The notes beneath the pieces are model-generated. The model was not told where the DNA came from. It saw only the letters and a list, made by a program, of their open reading frames with translations, and searched no databases. Both the position numbers and the translations under genes were made by a program. Shown one piece after another: positions 8,763 through 18,580 of a DNA stretch of 64,000 bases (its first letter is position 1; every line of letters starts with the position of its first letter). The stretch is from a virus (taxonomy: Duplodnaviria > Caudoviricetes), in IMG/VR virus record IMGVR_UViG_2851419669_000001, positions 1,454 to 65,453 of that record. One strand, written 5' to 3'.

Positions 8763-10625
8763 TCACCTCCTAGTTAAATATTGGTTCTTAAACCGTTCTG
8801 ATGGCTCTTGGTTCATATCTACTTTAGTAGTAATACCAGCCAAGGTGCCTTTGTCAGTATATTGCCATAAATCATAAGGATATAGCGGCTTAGTACCATA
8901 ACTTGGAATCCAAATACTCCCAGCTTTTGTAATATCAAGATTTAGTTGTTGATACAAATTGTTCGCAATATATAGCACAATTTGGCTATTCGGAATGCCT
9001 AAATCATTCAACTGGCTAACGTATGCGTTAACGGTACCGCGCATATTGTTATTCTCGATGGTTTCAATATCAAGGGCATAGAACCGCGGTTGTTGTTGCC
9101 CTTTTACTACGCTTTGGACACGTTGATAAAAAGCACGTGCTTCGGCTTGACTATCAGCTTCATTAACCCCTCTAAAGAACGCATATACGGCATAATTAAT
9201 CTTATTAGCCAAGACGCCCTGAAGGTTTTTAACGTATTCGAAATCAATATGATTTTCACCGTCTTGGATCCTAACAATCCCTAATGCTAAGCCAGCATTG
9301 CTGACTTGCGACCAATTAATGTCGCTTTGAAACTCTGATACATCAACAATCGCACCATCATAATAGCTTGATGGATTGCTTGGTTGATTTCCCGGCTGAT
9401 CTGGATGAGATTCATTCGGAGAATCTGGTACGTTATTTTGCGTATTAAATGACGTAATATATTCACTAAAATTCTTAAGCTGATTGATGATCCTGCTTTG
9501 ATTAATTTGTTGACTAGTCAGGTTTTTATTCTGATTTCCAATCTTAATCGTGACGGTTTGCGGGTTAACTAGATCAACTTCTTTTTCACTAACACTAATT
9601 GTTTCATCAATATCCATAAACTTATCAATAATCCGATAGCTATTACCGACTGCAAACGATTGAAACTGCTTGTCAATCAAAGCTAGATTAACAATATCAA
9701 CGCTCCAAGCAATCTCGGCCGATACCTGTTTTTCGAGATATTGTTCACCCTTTGTTTTGAGGATTCCAGCATCGTGCACATCGTCCCAAACATTAACATT
9801 TTCGATAATGCCAAATTTATCAATTAGTTTTGGATCATCTAAATAACGGCTGCCATTATTAACGCTAGAAATATCAATCTTAGGAATCGGCTTATTATTA
9901 TCTCGCTTGTCGTCTTTATGCACTTGTTCAGCTCCTAAGGGAATTAAGCGAGTAATAAGATTGTTGACGTTTAGATCGCGCGTAAAGCTCTTTAAGTTTA
10001 CGCCTAACTCGATTGTTTGCTTGGTATCCGTTCCCAGACGATTGACATAATCCAAAATTAACTGACCATTAGGATTGCGTCCAATACGTAAAAAACCTCC
10101 AAGCCGATTAACTAAATTGTCCGTAATATTGTCTAACGTGTCTTTAGTTTCGTCTAAATAGCGGTAAACATTATCGGTGCTGTTAGTTACATCGACGGTT
10201 CCTAAGGTTATTTTTTTGAAATCATCGACTTGTCGATTATGTTCGTCGATTATGATTTTTAAAAAGTCTTTGACACTGGTGTTGTGAATCTCACGGTAAA
10301 CTTGGGCGCTGTCATGTAGATAAGCTAGTTCACTTTCAAAACTCAATGTTTGTGTATGCGTGGTTGAATACACTTTGCTAACTTTGATGAAGCGACCTCG
10401 GAAAATGGTTTCATTTGTCTGAAGGTCTTCAATTCTGATAAACCAGCGATAAGGCAAGATTCGATTGAACAACGTATTTTCTAGGCTAATAGCTAACGTT
10501 CCAGTGTCTATCCCACCAGACACTAAGCTTAGACTACCTGATACGATCCGATTGCCATACACATCCGGTTCGTTAATAGCTTCTTCATTGCCCAAATAGG
10601 TTTCGCGAACTAATATTTTATACAT
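8763..10625 (-). CDS. Tail-associated lysin (Tal) with C-terminal GH25 domain
   Basis: Follows Dit; NLITRLIPLGA tail motif; C-terminal DVSEFQ, LDIE, WQYT, VDMN. Confidence 0.85.
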   Translation of the reverse strand: MYKILVRETYLGNEEAINEPDVYGNRIVSGSLSLVSGGIDTGTLAISLENTLFNRILPYRWFIRIEDLQTNETIFRGRFIKVSKVYSTTHTQTLSFESELAYLHDSAQVYREIHNTSVKDFLKIIIDEHNRQVDDFKKITLGTVDVTNSTDNVYRYLDETKDTLDNITDNLVNRLGGFLRIGRNPNGQLILDYVNRLGTDTKQTIELGVNLKSFTRDLNVNNLITRLIPLGAEQVHKDDKRDNNKPIPKIDISSVNNGSRYLDDPKLIDKFGIIENVNVWDDVHDAGILKTKGEQYLEKQVSAEIAWSVDIVNLALIDKQFQSFAVGNSYRIIDKFMDIDETISVSEKEVDLVNPQTVTIKIGNQNKNLTSQQINQSRIINQLKNFSEYITSFNTQNNVPDSPNESHPDQPGNQPSNPSSYYDGAIVDVSEFQSDINWSQVSNAGLALGIVRIQDGENHIDFEYVKNLQGVLANKINYAVYAFFRGVNEADSQAEARAFYQRVQSVVKGQQQPRFYALDIETIENNNMRGTVNAYVSQLNDLGIPNSQIVLYIANNLYQQLNLDITKAGSIWIPSYGTKPLYPYDLWQYTDKGTLAGITTKVDMNQEPSERFKNQYLTRR

Positions 10626-11356
10626 TACAGCATCACTTCGCTTTCCCATCGAAACTCAATATCACCGTTACCACTAACTGTAAGATTATTGATTCCAGGT
10701 TTTAATCTGAAGTTGGGGTTATCTTGATAATTTTTGGTGTATTTGTATTTACCATTAATCGTCATATCATTCTGACAGATAACTTTAAGCTTTGATTTCA
10801 AATCGCTATCATTGTACAAGCTAATTTTCTTGGTGCCATTGACTGAATATTTGGTAAATTGCGCATACCCTGCTTCCAGACTAAAATCGTCCCAAATATC
10901 GTCAAACTGTCCTTTGCGTAGCGCATATGGTGAGACGTTGAATTGTACCGTTATTTCTAGCACATTGTTAACATGATCATCATTTACTGTGACACTACTA
11001 GCCTTACCAAACCAATAAAACGGGAGATCATGACTATCATAAATCGGTTGACGCATTGGTATTAGCAGCAGCCTTTTACACTTTTGTTCTAGTAATTTAC
11101 GATCATGATAATTAACATTTAGTGCTTTAAATTGATATTCAATCGTACGGTTATCAAAGATGCGTCGTCCAAGTATATCTGAAAAATCAATTGTCCCATC
11201 CATATAACCTATACTCTCGGTGACTTCTTTAGTTGGTGGGTTATTGGCAGTCCGACCAGCTAAGTATAGATTTAATTGGCGACTATCAAAATTAGCAAAT
11301 TGTACATACTCTTCAGGTTGTGGTTGTTGATATCCAAAATAAATATCATTATCCAT
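10625..11356 (-). CDS. Distal tail protein (Dit)
   Basis: Directly after TMP; C-terminal LKPGINNLTVSG motif. Confidence 0.8.
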   Translation of the reverse strand: MDNDIYFGYQQPQPEEYVQFANFDSRQLNLYLAGRTANNPPTKEVTESIGYMDGTIDFSDILGRRIFDNRTIEYQFKALNVNYHDRKLLEQKCKRLLLIPMRQPIYDSHDLPFYWFGKASSVTVNDDHVNNVLEITVQFNVSPYALRKGQFDDIWDDFSLEAGYAQFTKYSVNGTKKISLYNDSDLKSKLKVICQNDMTINGKYKYTKNYQDNPNFRLKPGINNLTVSGNGDIEFRWESEVML

Positions 11357-14300
11357 TACCACCGATACCTCCGTTCATCTTCCATGCGTTCACCTAATTG
11401 TTCGTTAGTTATATCAATCAACTTGCCATTAGCATTTAGATATACTGGGCGATTTTGTTCCAGTGCGCCTAAAATACGACTAAGCATACTTGTTAACGAA
11501 CCAGCTTCAGTATTCTGCTGATCATCAGTTATAACTTTTAATAATTCTCGTAACAATGAATTAGTTTCACTGCTGTCTCGGTGATCAATATTAGTATTAA
11601 CATCAGCAATTGGCTGAGCACGCATAGTTGTGTCCATCGCCTTAGCTAATAGTGGATAAGCCGTGACATCATAAGGATTAATTACAAACTCATGGTGTTG
11701 GCTATTATCGCCAACGATTGCAGTTTGCTCGTCAAAGACTTCGCCACCATGAGCAAATCTACGACTACCTTGTGGACCACTATGCAGCCAATCAACCTTT
11801 GGAACACCCAAAATAGAAGTATGCCCAATACTGTTTCGCCAATCGGAGTTATTAAAGAAAGCTAATAACTCATCGAGCGGATTCATCCGGTTGGTATATC
11901 CTGGCATCGCAAAAGCAGCAAATGTTCCTGGCGTATATTGCAAGATACCACCGGCTTCATTACCCCCACTATTCACATCATGAACAGTTTGAATAACAGA
12001 TTTACCGCCAGATTCACTCATGATAGTTGCTTGTAAAAGCTCACTGAACCCTGACGGAAGACTATCAATGTGCATCATCTTTGCGGCTTTATCAATTAAA
12101 CCTGGATTGTAGTGTCCAGCCTTACCGTCAGATACTTCCAATGTTTTTTTGGTGCTATTCAGCATTTCCTTGAACTTGTTCACTGCTATGCTTGATAGCT
12201 TGCTAATGGTTCCACTAGCTAATTCACCAAAACTAGCTGCCCCTTTAAATAGGCCATCAGTAGCTTTATGAAGTAGCTTTGAAATATTTCCAAGTGGATC
12301 TTTGAGGAACTTCTCAACAGCCTCGGTCTTGTCACCAATCCATGAGCCAATGTCAGATAGCTTACCCTTAGTCCAATTAATCGCATTGCCAACAATACCG
12401 CCGTTTGCATAATGATCGACACCGGCAGACGCCATAATAGCAGCTGTTTCATCGCCATTGTATACTCGTGTACCAGCCGGCAAAGGTAGCACTGCATTAC
12501 GTTGATGCGTCATTTTGAGTTCGCCAGAAGGTAGTTGTAACAATTCCTTCCAGTTTTTACCGGCACCATCGTTAACCATCGATAGACGAGTATGCACGAC
12601 ACCACCTTGAGCAAATTTAACTGGCTCTAAATGGCGAACATTGGTTTTATGACCAGTGAAGAATTTCCAAACTGAATCGATTGCATCAACGCCAGCATTA
12701 ATAACGCCCAAAACGCCGTTAATACCGTCTTGTGCGGATTTCTTGATGCCTTTCCAGACGTCACCGAAAAAGTCGCTTAACCCTTGCCACATTGAATGCC
12801 AAACACTGCTAATTGAGTCTAAAACATCACTAATATGTGATGATAGCCAATTGGTAGCTGTCTTAGCTATTTTACAAATTGCGTCCCAGATATTGCTGAA
12901 AAAGTTGCTGATATGATTCCAAATAGAATGCCAGATTTCTTTAATCAAATCTAGCGCATCTTTAATCGCATTCCAGATTGCTTCAATGATTGGCAATAAC
13001 AATCTTTTCATGCCTCGCCATACAGCACCGAAGAAGCTACTAATTGCGTTCCAGACTATGTGCCATATTGAACGAATTCCTTTTAATTCAAGATCAATAA
13101 ATTCTGAAATAGCTTTAAAGATAACTTTAACTACTGAATAGATTCCCTTCCAAACAATATGGAAAAATGTACTTATAGCCTTCCAAACAGCTTTCCATAC
13201 TTTAATTACCGGAGTAAAAACAGTTTTCAGGAAGCCTACCAACTTTGACCACAAGCTTTTTACAGTGTTGATGGTAGCTTTAATTAGGTTGGTGAACGGC
13301 TTGATAAAAGGCTTTAGAATCATTGCAGCTAGTCCAACAGGAAGCAAAAACGCATACAACAGCACTTTGCCGAATCCCTTTAGAATATTTCCAATCGTTT
13401 TTAATACCTGCCTAAAACCTTTAGACACCGTTTTTATGATATTGCTAATTTCTTTGCCAATAGCTTTTTCCCAGCCAAGTTTCCCTGTGAAAAACTTTTT
13501 AACGGTATTTAAAGCCTTTTGAGCACCTTTAATCAGGCCAGAAAACCACTTTCCAGCGCCTTTGAATGTGTTAGAAATATATTTTCCTATCTTGCCAAAT
13601 ATACTGGTAACAGATTTCCAAATGCCATTAACAAAGTCCCTAAACTTTTTGTTGTGTTTGTATAGTTCATATAATCCAACACCAATTGCAATAATGATTG
13701 CCGGAATTAACAGCCATGGTGAAAATGCCAAACTAACCATTCTTCCTGCTATAGTCGTTAAGTGCAATACATCATTCATGTTCTTAAGGGCCATAACAGT
13801 TGTTAAAATCTTTTTTGCAATGAAAAATGTCGTTAGTGTTGCAGCAAAGGCTTTAATAGCACCTTTATTTTTTGCTAAAGCTTTTAACCCTGAAGCTAAA
13901 CTTCCTACTGATCTTGATGCAGTTTTACTTTTATTTGATGCTTTACCAAGTGGATTAGCTAAAAATCCGAGCACTGAAACCACATCACTAATAACTGCGC
14001 CCACAACTTTAAAAGCAATAGTTAGACTGCTCTTAACAATGCTGCCAAATGCTTTAATATTATCAGCATTTTTGGCAAGCCAAGCTGAAAGCTTGTCGAC
14101 TGACTTACCAGCGTTTTTAACCATCTGATCTAGGGTGTTTGTGAAGCCCTTGCTAGTGAAATTGCCGCCAGCAAAAGCTTTAGTAACCGTAGCGAACCCT
14201 TTGCTTACCTTGTTACCTAAATTTTTAAATAAATTCTCGGTATGAGTTTCAGAAACCCATTTAGAAATGGTACTAAAGATTGGATTTTTCGCTTTTAGTA

Positions 14301-15510
14301 GCGGTTGTTCAATGTCACCTAGAAGCTTTGGCATTTGTGCTTTAATCGTCCGTTGCATACCAGTCATGGTCTTTAGTATATTTTCGGCCCCTTTGCTATA
14401 CTTATGATTACCTAATTCAGTAAAAACGCTCTCAAGGTCTTTACCGGTGATTTTTCCTTGACTAGCCATGTGACGCATTCCTGCAACGGTTGTATGTTCA
14501 TGCTTGGCTAGTGCTTCATCAATCATTGGGAAATAAGCGCCTATTTGATTTAATTCGCCAGCAGACACCTTACCAGTAGCTAATCCATGAACCATGTCCT
14601 GAGTCACTGACTTCATTTGATCACCAGTCAGCCCGATAGCATCACCCATATTCAGCATGGCTTTTGACAACTCATCGGCTTCAGGCTTACTGGAGTGTAA
14701 ATGGTAGAATCCTTGTTCTAGCTCGTTAACTAGATCACTAGCTTGCCCAGTTTTCTTGCTTAAATCATTGATTGTACTGACCATACCTTTAGCTTGATCA
14801 GCTGACCCAGTTAAAGTTGTCCATGTTTGCAGCATAACCTGCTGTTCTTTGTCAAAATCATAACCGGCTTTAATTGCTTCAACAATGCCGTCTTTAACTT
14901 TGTCATAAGCGCTGTACAGTGCATTACCAACAAATGTACCTTGGATAATGTCACGTAAGCGATGGCCGTTCTCACGTGTTTTCTTGGCGCTTTCGTTAAA
15001 TTTTTGGAATCCCTTACTGAAGCCATCTTTTATTCTTAGCAGCAATGAATGTTTCTTAGGAGTTTGCTTAATTCGCTCACTGAAATGTTTGAACGTATCG
15101 GTGAACTTATCCTTCACACGCAAAAACACGGAGCGCTCCTTAGGAACGTCCCGTACTTTGCGTGAGAAGATGCCAATATTTTCATCGTTGATTTTAGACT
15201 TTAATGTCGTCACAACATCATGTGGAATCTCTTTAAGACGGTCAATTAGACCGCTGATCTTTTCGCGGATTGAATTGCTTGAATTAGTGACTTGGTCTTT
15301 ATACTCATTGAAGTTAGCTTTAGCTTCATCCATCGCTTCTTTCTGTTTGGAAGCGTAATTGTGCCACTTTTCGCCACTCTCACTAACTTTAGATCCCATA
15401 TCAGTAGCAGCATGAACTGCTTCGTCCATCGCCTGGCGGGCATTAGCCACACCTTGGCTAATCTGATCCATAAATTTCCACACGAATGTCTTTTCAACAA
15501 CTGCACTCAT
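11356..15510 (-). CDS. Tape measure protein with C-terminal SLT-like transglycosylase
   Basis: 1384 aa, periodic W/F amphipathic repeats, ESGG...GILQY..GTF motif. Confidence 0.93.
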   Translation of the reverse strand: MSAVVEKTFVWKFMDQISQGVANARQAMDEAVHAATDMGSKVSESGEKWHNYASKQKEAMDEAKANFNEYKDQVTNSSNSIREKISGLIDRLKEIPHDVVTTLKSKINDENIGIFSRKVRDVPKERSVFLRVKDKFTDTFKHFSERIKQTPKKHSLLLRIKDGFSKGFQKFNESAKKTRENGHRLRDIIQGTFVGNALYSAYDKVKDGIVEAIKAGYDFDKEQQVMLQTWTTLTGSADQAKGMVSTINDLSKKTGQASDLVNELEQGFYHLHSSKPEADELSKAMLNMGDAIGLTGDQMKSVTQDMVHGLATGKVSAGELNQIGAYFPMIDEALAKHEHTTVAGMRHMASQGKITGKDLESVFTELGNHKYSKGAENILKTMTGMQRTIKAQMPKLLGDIEQPLLKAKNPIFSTISKWVSETHTENLFKNLGNKVSKGFATVTKAFAGGNFTSKGFTNTLDQMVKNAGKSVDKLSAWLAKNADNIKAFGSIVKSSLTIAFKVVGAVISDVVSVLGFLANPLGKASNKSKTASRSVGSLASGLKALAKNKGAIKAFAATLTTFFIAKKILTTVMALKNMNDVLHLTTIAGRMVSLAFSPWLLIPAIIIAIGVGLYELYKHNKKFRDFVNGIWKSVTSIFGKIGKYISNTFKGAGKWFSGLIKGAQKALNTVKKFFTGKLGWEKAIGKEISNIIKTVSKGFRQVLKTIGNILKGFGKVLLYAFLLPVGLAAMILKPFIKPFTNLIKATINTVKSLWSKLVGFLKTVFTPVIKVWKAVWKAISTFFHIVWKGIYSVVKVIFKAISEFIDLELKGIRSIWHIVWNAISSFFGAVWRGMKRLLLPIIEAIWNAIKDALDLIKEIWHSIWNHISNFFSNIWDAICKIAKTATNWLSSHISDVLDSISSVWHSMWQGLSDFFGDVWKGIKKSAQDGINGVLGVINAGVDAIDSVWKFFTGHKTNVRHLEPVKFAQGGVVHTRLSMVNDGAGKNWKELLQLPSGELKMTHQRNAVLPLPAGTRVYNGDETAAIMASAGVDHYANGGIVGNAINWTKGKLSDIGSWIGDKTEAVEKFLKDPLGNISKLLHKATDGLFKGAASFGELASGTISKLSSIAVNKFKEMLNSTKKTLEVSDGKAGHYNPGLIDKAAKMMHIDSLPSGFSELLQATIMSESGGKSVIQTVHDVNSGGNEAGGILQYTPGTFAAFAMPGYTNRMNPLDELLAFFNNSDWRNSIGHTSILGVPKVDWLHSGPQGSRRFAHGGEVFDEQTAIVGDNSQHHEFVINPYDVTAYPLLAKAMDTTMRAQPIADVNTNIDHRDSSETNSLLRELLKVITDDQQNTEAGSLTSMLSRILGALEQNRPVYLNANGKLIDITNEQLGERMEDERRYRW

Positions 15511-15746
15511 TAATCGGCCTCCTCTCTATCAGCTTTTGCTTCCATTAATCTTCGATACATAGCCATTTGAGGCGTATCAGGTTGTCGTTCTTCGACAGTT
15601 CGATAATCAGTTAATTTGCTAATCTCATTTGCAATTTGTTCATCGGACCGTTCTACGACTTCGTTTAATGGTTGACTGAGTTCGATACCATAAGTTGCCT
15701 GTGGCATTAAACGAGCGTGCATTTGCTCGCGCTGCTGATTAAGCAT
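15510..15746 (-). CDS. Tail assembly chaperone C-terminal (T) part, probably expressed by -1 frameshift
   Basis: Frame stays open upstream into the 3' end of 15839..16327. Confidence 0.65.
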   Translation of the reverse strand: MLNQQREQMHARLMPQATYGIELSQPLNEVVERSDEQIANEISKLTDYRTVEERQPDTPQMAMYRRLMEAKADREEAD

Positions 15747-15838
15747 GTTAACTTGATAGCCATGCCAAACAGCTTTAAACTCAGCCGGCGTTAATTGTTC
15801 TAATTGTTCCGGAGTTACTCCTGCGCTTCGGGCGTAAC

Positions 15839-16327
15839 TTATTGCGGTGTACCAGGTTGCAGAACTTTTTTCAGCTTGTCCAGTTGTGCTTGAAGTTGTT
15901 CCATACCCAACTGATCCTGATTGTATTGGTCGCTGCCCTCTGTTTCCGATTCCAGCTTCTTCTGCATGATATCCATGATCTTGTTGTATCCTTTGACAAA
16001 ACTGGTAAGCTTCCGCGCTAAAAAATTATCAGCGTGTAAAGACTGAATAATATCAGAATAAGCGGAGTTAGTCTTATCATCGTCAGCAAAGATAGTGTCT
16101 TCGAGCGCTTCTACTACTTTGTCACGACTAGGTTGTGAACGCTTGAAGTAAGCTAATGCGTAATAATAAGCATTCACAATTTGATCAGGGTCTTCGTCTA
16201 ATAAGCCATCAATAAGGACGTCAAAACCGTCACGACCATCTGAACTGAGTTCCTTCTTTACTTGGTTAGCGAAAGCATAGTTAAGTTTAGGGGTACAAGT
16301 AGTGCCGTCAATCATTAAGTTTTCCAT
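15839..16327 (-). CDS. Tail assembly chaperone (G)
   Basis: Between MTP and TMP; GGAGG RBS. Confidence 0.75.
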   Translation of the reverse strand: MENLMIDGTTCTPKLNYAFANQVKKELSSDGRDGFDVLIDGLLDEDPDQIVNAYYYALAYFKRSQPSRDKVVEALEDTIFADDDKTNSAYSDIIQSLHADNFLARKLTSFVKGYNKIMDIMQKKLESETEGSDQYNQDQLGMEQLQAQLDKLKKVLQPGTPQ

Positions 16328-16344
16328 AATTTAAATTCCCTCCA

Positions 16345-16905
16345 TTAATGCCCAAGTGAGCTAGTGGTGCCGCCAATATCAGTATTGTGAGCGAAATCAA
16401 ACATCTTTAACCCGTCGGCTAATAGTTGTGGGTCAAGTTCAGCCACATCTAATACACCATCTTGCGTATTACCATCGATATTGTAAGTGATATTAGCATG
16501 TAACAAGTTGTTAACTGCTTCGGTTTCTGGCAATCCATTAGGCTTAGCCATACCAAATTCAGCGGGCACAGACTTAACTTTCCCGCTAGTATCTAAAGTT
16601 GCTTCGTTGAAATCCATGCGCCAAATGCCAATCGCCACATCTTTTTCAACTGCTTTTTTAATTCCATCATGAATCTTGTCACCGATCGTCCAATACGAAT
16701 CAACGACAAATGTTTCTGATCGTGAACCTGACGTATGCAAAACGCCCTGTTTTAAATTGACTGCCGAACTAGCACGAGTATTAGTTGTACTAGATGCAGC
16801 TTGTAATCCCAACATTTGAATCAGAACTGATTTATCATCCCACGGGAATTTGACCCCGTATAAAATTTTGTCAGCACTCTTTGTTTGTAGCTTTAATCCA
16901 GCCAT
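16345..16905 (-). CDS. Major tail protein (TP901-1-like)
   Basis: Position, size, AVNLKQG and PAEFG motifs. Confidence 0.8.
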   Translation of the reverse strand: MAGLKLQTKSADKILYGVKFPWDDKSVLIQMLGLQAASSTTNTRASSAVNLKQGVLHTSGSRSETFVVDSYWTIGDKIHDGIKKAVEKDVAIGIWRMDFNEATLDTSGKVKSVPAEFGMAKPNGLPETEAVNNLLHANITYNIDGNTQDGVLDVAELDPQLLADGLKMFDFAHNTDIGGTTSSLGH

Positions 16906-16916
16906 ATAGTGTTTCC

Positions 16917-17303
16917 TCACTTTCCATAGACAAAAATATCAAATAAATAAGCCAACCGAGTTAACGGCCGGCCTTCTAAACTGTTATCAATTAATTTATG
17001 CATTGACGAGCTGTCATACTTAGATGGCCATTCAGTTAGTTCCAATCGTTGCATGGCATTAGCAACTTTACGGCCTAATGCGTATGCTTGACCAACATTA
17101 GCTACATCAGCATAGACATCAACAGCAACGGTAGCTAAGAAATAATCCAAAACTTTAATATCAGTTTGCTCTTGCTCATTCTGCAAGCTGACAACTACCT
17201 GTGGAAACTTAGTTGGTCGTTGCTGGCCGAAATCATATACCGGAACGTTAAATGCTTTCAAACATTTTTTAACGTTCAATAGTAAGTCTTCCTCCGGTGA
17301 CAT
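16917..17303 (-). CDS. Tail terminator protein
   Basis: VPVYD....FPQVVV motif and position. Confidence 0.7.
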   Translation of the reverse strand: MSPEEDLLLNVKKCLKAFNVPVYDFGQQRPTKFPQVVVSLQNEQEQTDIKVLDYFLATVAVDVYADVANVGQAYALGRKVANAMQRLELTEWPSKYDSSSMHKLIDNSLEGRPLTRLAYLFDIFVYGK

Positions 17304-17304
17304 A

Positions 17305-17883
17305 TCAATCACTCCCCAATACTGCCAAACGCATGATGTGTTCAAATTCATTATTAAGCCTCATTGCGACTTTCTCGCCGGTAGGCTTCATAAACGGTTC
17401 TGGTGCCATTCTATAAGTGCCGAATTCTGTATTGTGGTCAGTACCGAATTCCACGTAAACACCATAATAAGTGACACCATCTTGACTGGTGATTGGCTTT
17501 TTATTGTCGCTCCCAGCAATAGCTTCCAATGCTCGTTTTTGATCAGCAACTGTTGCCATTGGCATAATAGATACCGACTTACCATCGTCACTAATCTTGA
17601 TTTCTAGCGATCCTTGCAATGTCCCCGTTGGCTCGTAACCAGACTTACTATGTCCAACTTGAGTGCGCTCTAAGCCTTGTGCAGCCTCTTGCTCACGTGC
17701 ACCAGCATTCTTGATAAATGCTTTGCTAAGCGCAACGGCTCGTCGATATTCCTTATTGGCTTCTTCCATGGCCTCTGGCATACCATTGTGTGCAAGCCCT
17801 CTTGCAGTCTCAAATAATTGGTTAAAATAATCAACGTCAATCGAGAATGTAACGACAGGTATTTTGTCATAGTTATTCGCCAT
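17305..17883 (-). CDS. HK97 gp10-like neck protein
   Basis: TGTLQGS, YVEFGT, M.PEPFMKP motifs. Confidence 0.8.
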   Translation of the reverse strand: MANNYDKIPVVTFSIDVDYFNQLFETARGLAHNGMPEAMEEANKEYRRAVALSKAFIKNAGAREQEAAQGLERTQVGHSKSGYEPTGTLQGSLEIKISDDGKSVSIMPMATVADQKRALEAIAGSDNKKPITSQDGVTYYGVYVEFGTDHNTEFGTYRMAPEPFMKPTGEKVAMRLNNEFEHIMRLAVLGSD

Positions 17884-18196
17884 GCAGTATCACCTCATTA
17901 TGAATGATATAGAACGCCGTTTGCTTATCATGCTGACTAACTTTTTGAATCTCATGCACCGTATCGTTATCACCTTCAACATATTCACCATCAAGGCCAA
18001 TCGCATCGGCCTGATAACGTCCATAAACACGAATAATCGTTGCGTTGTACACCGTGCCATTCGGGGCAAATGTTAAATTGACCTGTTGAATATTAGCTTG
18101 CACTACTTGGCTTCGATAGCTTGCTTGATGATTAAGGCCATCGGGGTCTTTATCAAGAAGCTTAGTCAATAAATAAACCTTATTTGGATAACGCAT
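17873..18196 (-). CDS. Head closure protein
   Basis: Position after connector; MRYPNKV start. Confidence 0.65.
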   Translation of the reverse strand: MRYPNKVYLLTKLLDKDPDGLNHQASYRSQVVQANIQQVNLTFAPNGTVYNATIIRVYGRYQADAIGLDGEYVEGDNDTVHEIQKVSQHDKQTAFYIIHNEVILHGE

Positions 18197-18200
18197 ACCA

Positions 18201-18566
18201 TCACCAGCCAATCGCAGTAGCGCCACGCGTTGTTTTAGCTTGACCATCTACCCAAGCTTGAAGATCTGGATAGTAGGGTGCCAGGTCGTTAACGTTGAAC
18301 TGAAAAGACAGCCCTTCTTCACTGTGAGACTTTTCGCCCTCATTATGAAATTTATTGAACTTAGTTACGGCTAAATTCTCTACAATGTAGTCTAATCCTG
18401 ATGGCAAGCCTGAAATTCTAACTGAACGGCCCAGATATAAAACAATGGCTTGCTCTGCATGATCAATATATAGTGTCAGTCGTTTTTTTTCACTATCGTT
18501 AGGAGTAATACCTAGTAGAGTAATGACGTTTTCTAATGTCTTACCACTGTCCTGTGTGTCACTCAT
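18201..18566 (-). CDS. Head-tail connector (SPP1 gp15-like)
   Basis: L.YIV...AV..FN....EG..S.SEEG.S motif. Confidence 0.85.
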   Translation of the reverse strand: MSDTQDSGKTLENVITLLGITPNDSEKKRLTLYIDHAEQAIVLYLGRSVRISGLPSGLDYIVENLAVTKFNKFHNEGEKSHSEEGLSFQFNVNDLAPYYPDLQAWVDGQAKTTRGATAIGW

Positions 18567-18580
18567 AGAATGCCTCCTGA

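Noticed and set aside
12219-15513. Many + strand and alternate-frame ORFs over the tape measure and other structural genes
   Set aside because: Antisense shadows of real genes, without RBS or motifs
17418-17456. EFGT..EFGT duplication in gp10-like gene
   Set aside because: Short in-frame duplication with no sign of function
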